A DNA stretch of 64,000 bases from NCBI RefSeq assembly GCF_009914755.1, contig NC_060926.1. One strand, 5' to 3'. Below are positions 61,575-64,000 of this stretch, piece by piece. The notes under the pieces are model-generated. The model was given only the letters and a program-made list of their open reading frames with translations. It was not told the origin of the DNA and ran no database searches. The position numbers were made by a program, and so were the translations under genes. The stretch's first letter is position 1, and each line of letters starts with the position of its first letter. The stretch comes from the human T2T-CHM13v2.0 reference genome, Homo sapiens.

Positions 61575-63231
61575 TCAAACGTGGCATGAAGTACCTAAGG
61601 AAGGCATGGAGATAAACTTTCAAAATTTCACATATACCTAAAACAACTGAAAATGACTAAAAGCACTACCTTGAATGTGAAGCTTCATGGTGAATGCCAC
61701 AGGTTTGAAACCAAAACAAAAATAAACGGTATCCTTCAAAACCAAGCTGTTGTAAGGAACAGTTACCAGTGCCCAAACCAGTGCAATCTGACTTCTGGCC
61801 CCAAACTCCACTGAAACTACTTATGCTAAAATTACCAGTGATTTTTAATTCAAAATTCAACTAACATTTTTTTGGTCCTCTTTCACTAAGTTTTGGAATT
61901 TCTGTTGTTGTTAGCCATTATCTGCTAGATGCTACTCAACCTCTTTCAGGAACTGTCCTTCCCTACATGCCCCTTAAAAGTGACCCAGACTTTGTACTAG
62001 GTTCTAAGTGCATTATATTTTTTATCTTAAAGACAATCCTGCATGTACGTATTTAAGTTCTTTGTTTCCCAGAAGAGGAAACAAATTTGGTAAGGCGATG
62101 TAAAATACCTTCAACTGGAAATTCCACAGTCCCCTAAAAGAATCCCATAAATTGTGAATGATCTCCTAATGTTTCCTGTCCCCCTATCTGCCTTTACCTG
62201 TACTCTCCCCTTTGAATATCTGTCAATCTTAACTTCATCATGTAAACCTTTCAATGGCTCGAAGCCATGTGACTCAAGGTCCAAATATCCTAACTTAGAA
62301 TGAGACTACTCATAAAGACCCCTGGGCTACCATTTTGGCTTTATTTCTTGTAATTATTTCATAGTTTCTTAAGCTACTACCAATCTACTTACACTTCCCC
62401 AGAACCACTGTTCTCTCAGCCTCAATGCCTCGGCCTGAAAAACCCTTCCCTTCCCCTCTACAAACTCAATATGCCTCTCAGCAATTTCTCTGCAGCCCCT
62501 GCCCTGATTCATCCCTTCCCCAACCTTGGCAGAAGACTGAGTACCTTCTATAAACATTCATAGTTACGAAGACTAGTTTTTGGAGTAGAAGAAAGAAATC
62601 ACCTGTAGTTACACAAGTGCTCTGAATTAGGCACATATTCTTATGAAAAATGCCAAGTTACCACAACCTACGATTTTTCTTTATCTACAATAAGAAAAAT
62701 TAACCAATGGTATACAGTTTTAGGACTTACATGTTGAAATATGTTCCTGGAAGGAATCCGCTTAAACTTATTTTTACTATGTCAAGAATAAAGACAGATT
62801 TGCAACTGTGCAAACACTGGAGGCTCCTGGGTAGTGTCCCCTTTGTTAAACATATTTAAACATTTTATCTAACTTTAAAGTGGAAAGTTAAAAAAATGAC
62901 CAATCTGTGGCTAGTTTTAAACCCAGGAATCAATTAAAAATTTTAGATGCTAACAAACAGGGAAAGCACCAAAAAAGGATTTAAGTCAGGGGAGACGCAG
63001 AGCACCTAGCTTGGTGTGGTTTAAAGATAAGGTAATCCATTTTCGAATATTTTCAATGTTATCTATTCAAATAAAAATATAAATAATCTGAAAGCACACA
63101 TAAATTCAGTTATAGTATACATAATCCAATCACTAAAAACAAAACAAAGACACCAAGATTCTCAGAGCTTCTAGCTGGGCTTCTTCCACTACAATAGTAT
63201 CAAAACTCTTCTCTTAAAGATACTCAATAAT

Positions 63232-63365
63232 GGCCAGGCCGGTGGTTCATGCCTGTAATCCCAGCACTTTGGGAGGCCAAGGCTGGGGGTTCACTTGAGC
63301 CCAGGAATTTAACACCACCCTGGGCAATACAGCGAGACCTCATCTCCATTTTGAAAAGAAAAAAA
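63232..63365 (+). mobile_element. FLAM-like Alu monomer
   Basis: left arm only; TSD-like actcaataa / actcagtaa. Confidence 0.8.
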
Positions 63366-63599
63366 CTCAGTAACTTTTCCAAATACCAAACTGAACACCC
63401 TCTTTTTATAGGGCTATCTCCCCTACATCTCTGTAACTTGCGACACTGACTACAAACTCCTTTGACTCCTTCCAGTAACTATCCAAGATCTTATCCTTAC
63501 ATTTCTCTCTCATCTCTGCAACAAGGTTTAAAAAAAAACATATTTCACATGTGACAGTGTATAGATAAATATCCCTCAAATGCAATACCTTACAAATTG

Positions 63600-63930
63600 A
63601 CAACAAAAATTGTATGACCTAGTAGAAAACTGGCAAAGAATTTAAATAGGTTATTTCATAGAAGAAATCCAAATGGCCAATAAGTATGCTCTAACCCTGC
63701 TTAATAGTTAGGAAGATGCAAATTGAAAATTATACATTAAGATGTCATTTGTCATCCATCAGCTTGGCCAAAATTAAAAAGCATTGTAATGTCTAATACT
63801 TGTAAGTTTGCAGGAAGTGGGTACTCTCATACATTGCTGGTAGAAGTGTGAATTGCTAATCTAAGTATGAGCTAATACAACTTTTTCTGGAAAAGTAGTA
63901 TGGTAGTAGCTATTAAAGAATACATACACT
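63600..63930 (+). mobile_element. Old L1M ORF2 3' fragment
   Basis: tggcaaagaatttaaatagg...caaatggccaataagtatg...atgcaaattgaaa...ctctcatacattgctggtagaagtgtgaattg. Confidence 0.75.
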
Positions 63931-64000
63931 CTTGAAAACAGACGTCTCTTTTTTACATTCTAGCCACTGAGGGGGGATAAACTAATGTATATATAATATA

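Overview
Mammalian (primate, most likely human) genomic DNA lying inside the LRPPRC gene, which encodes the mitochondrial leucine-rich pentatricopeptide-repeat protein, on the minus strand. I reconstructed 22 consecutive coding exons totalling 2336 nt, from 59943 down to 3880. They are exons 15-36 if the 38-exon model I recall is right. All splice phases join into one stop-free frame that matches the human protein as I remember it (SMNINLWSE ... NSLMKSY). All introns are GT-AG except one GC-AG. The introns carry about 26 Alu-family elements, a near full-length Tigger1 with a U6 retrocopy nested inside it, several DNA-transposon MITEs, L1/MIR/L2 fragments and microsatellites. Most ORFs in the supplied track are Alu-derived, exon read-throughs or chance. 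I found no evidence for a wholly new gene system. The best leads are regulatory or RNA-level: a CTCF motif superimposed on the acceptor of a 28-nt exon, a GC donor backed by G-runs, a (UG)22 tract in front of an antisense Alu, inverted Alus bracketing in-frame exon cassettes, and three apparent template-switch hairpins. Repeat subfamily names and exon numbers come from memory, not from a search.
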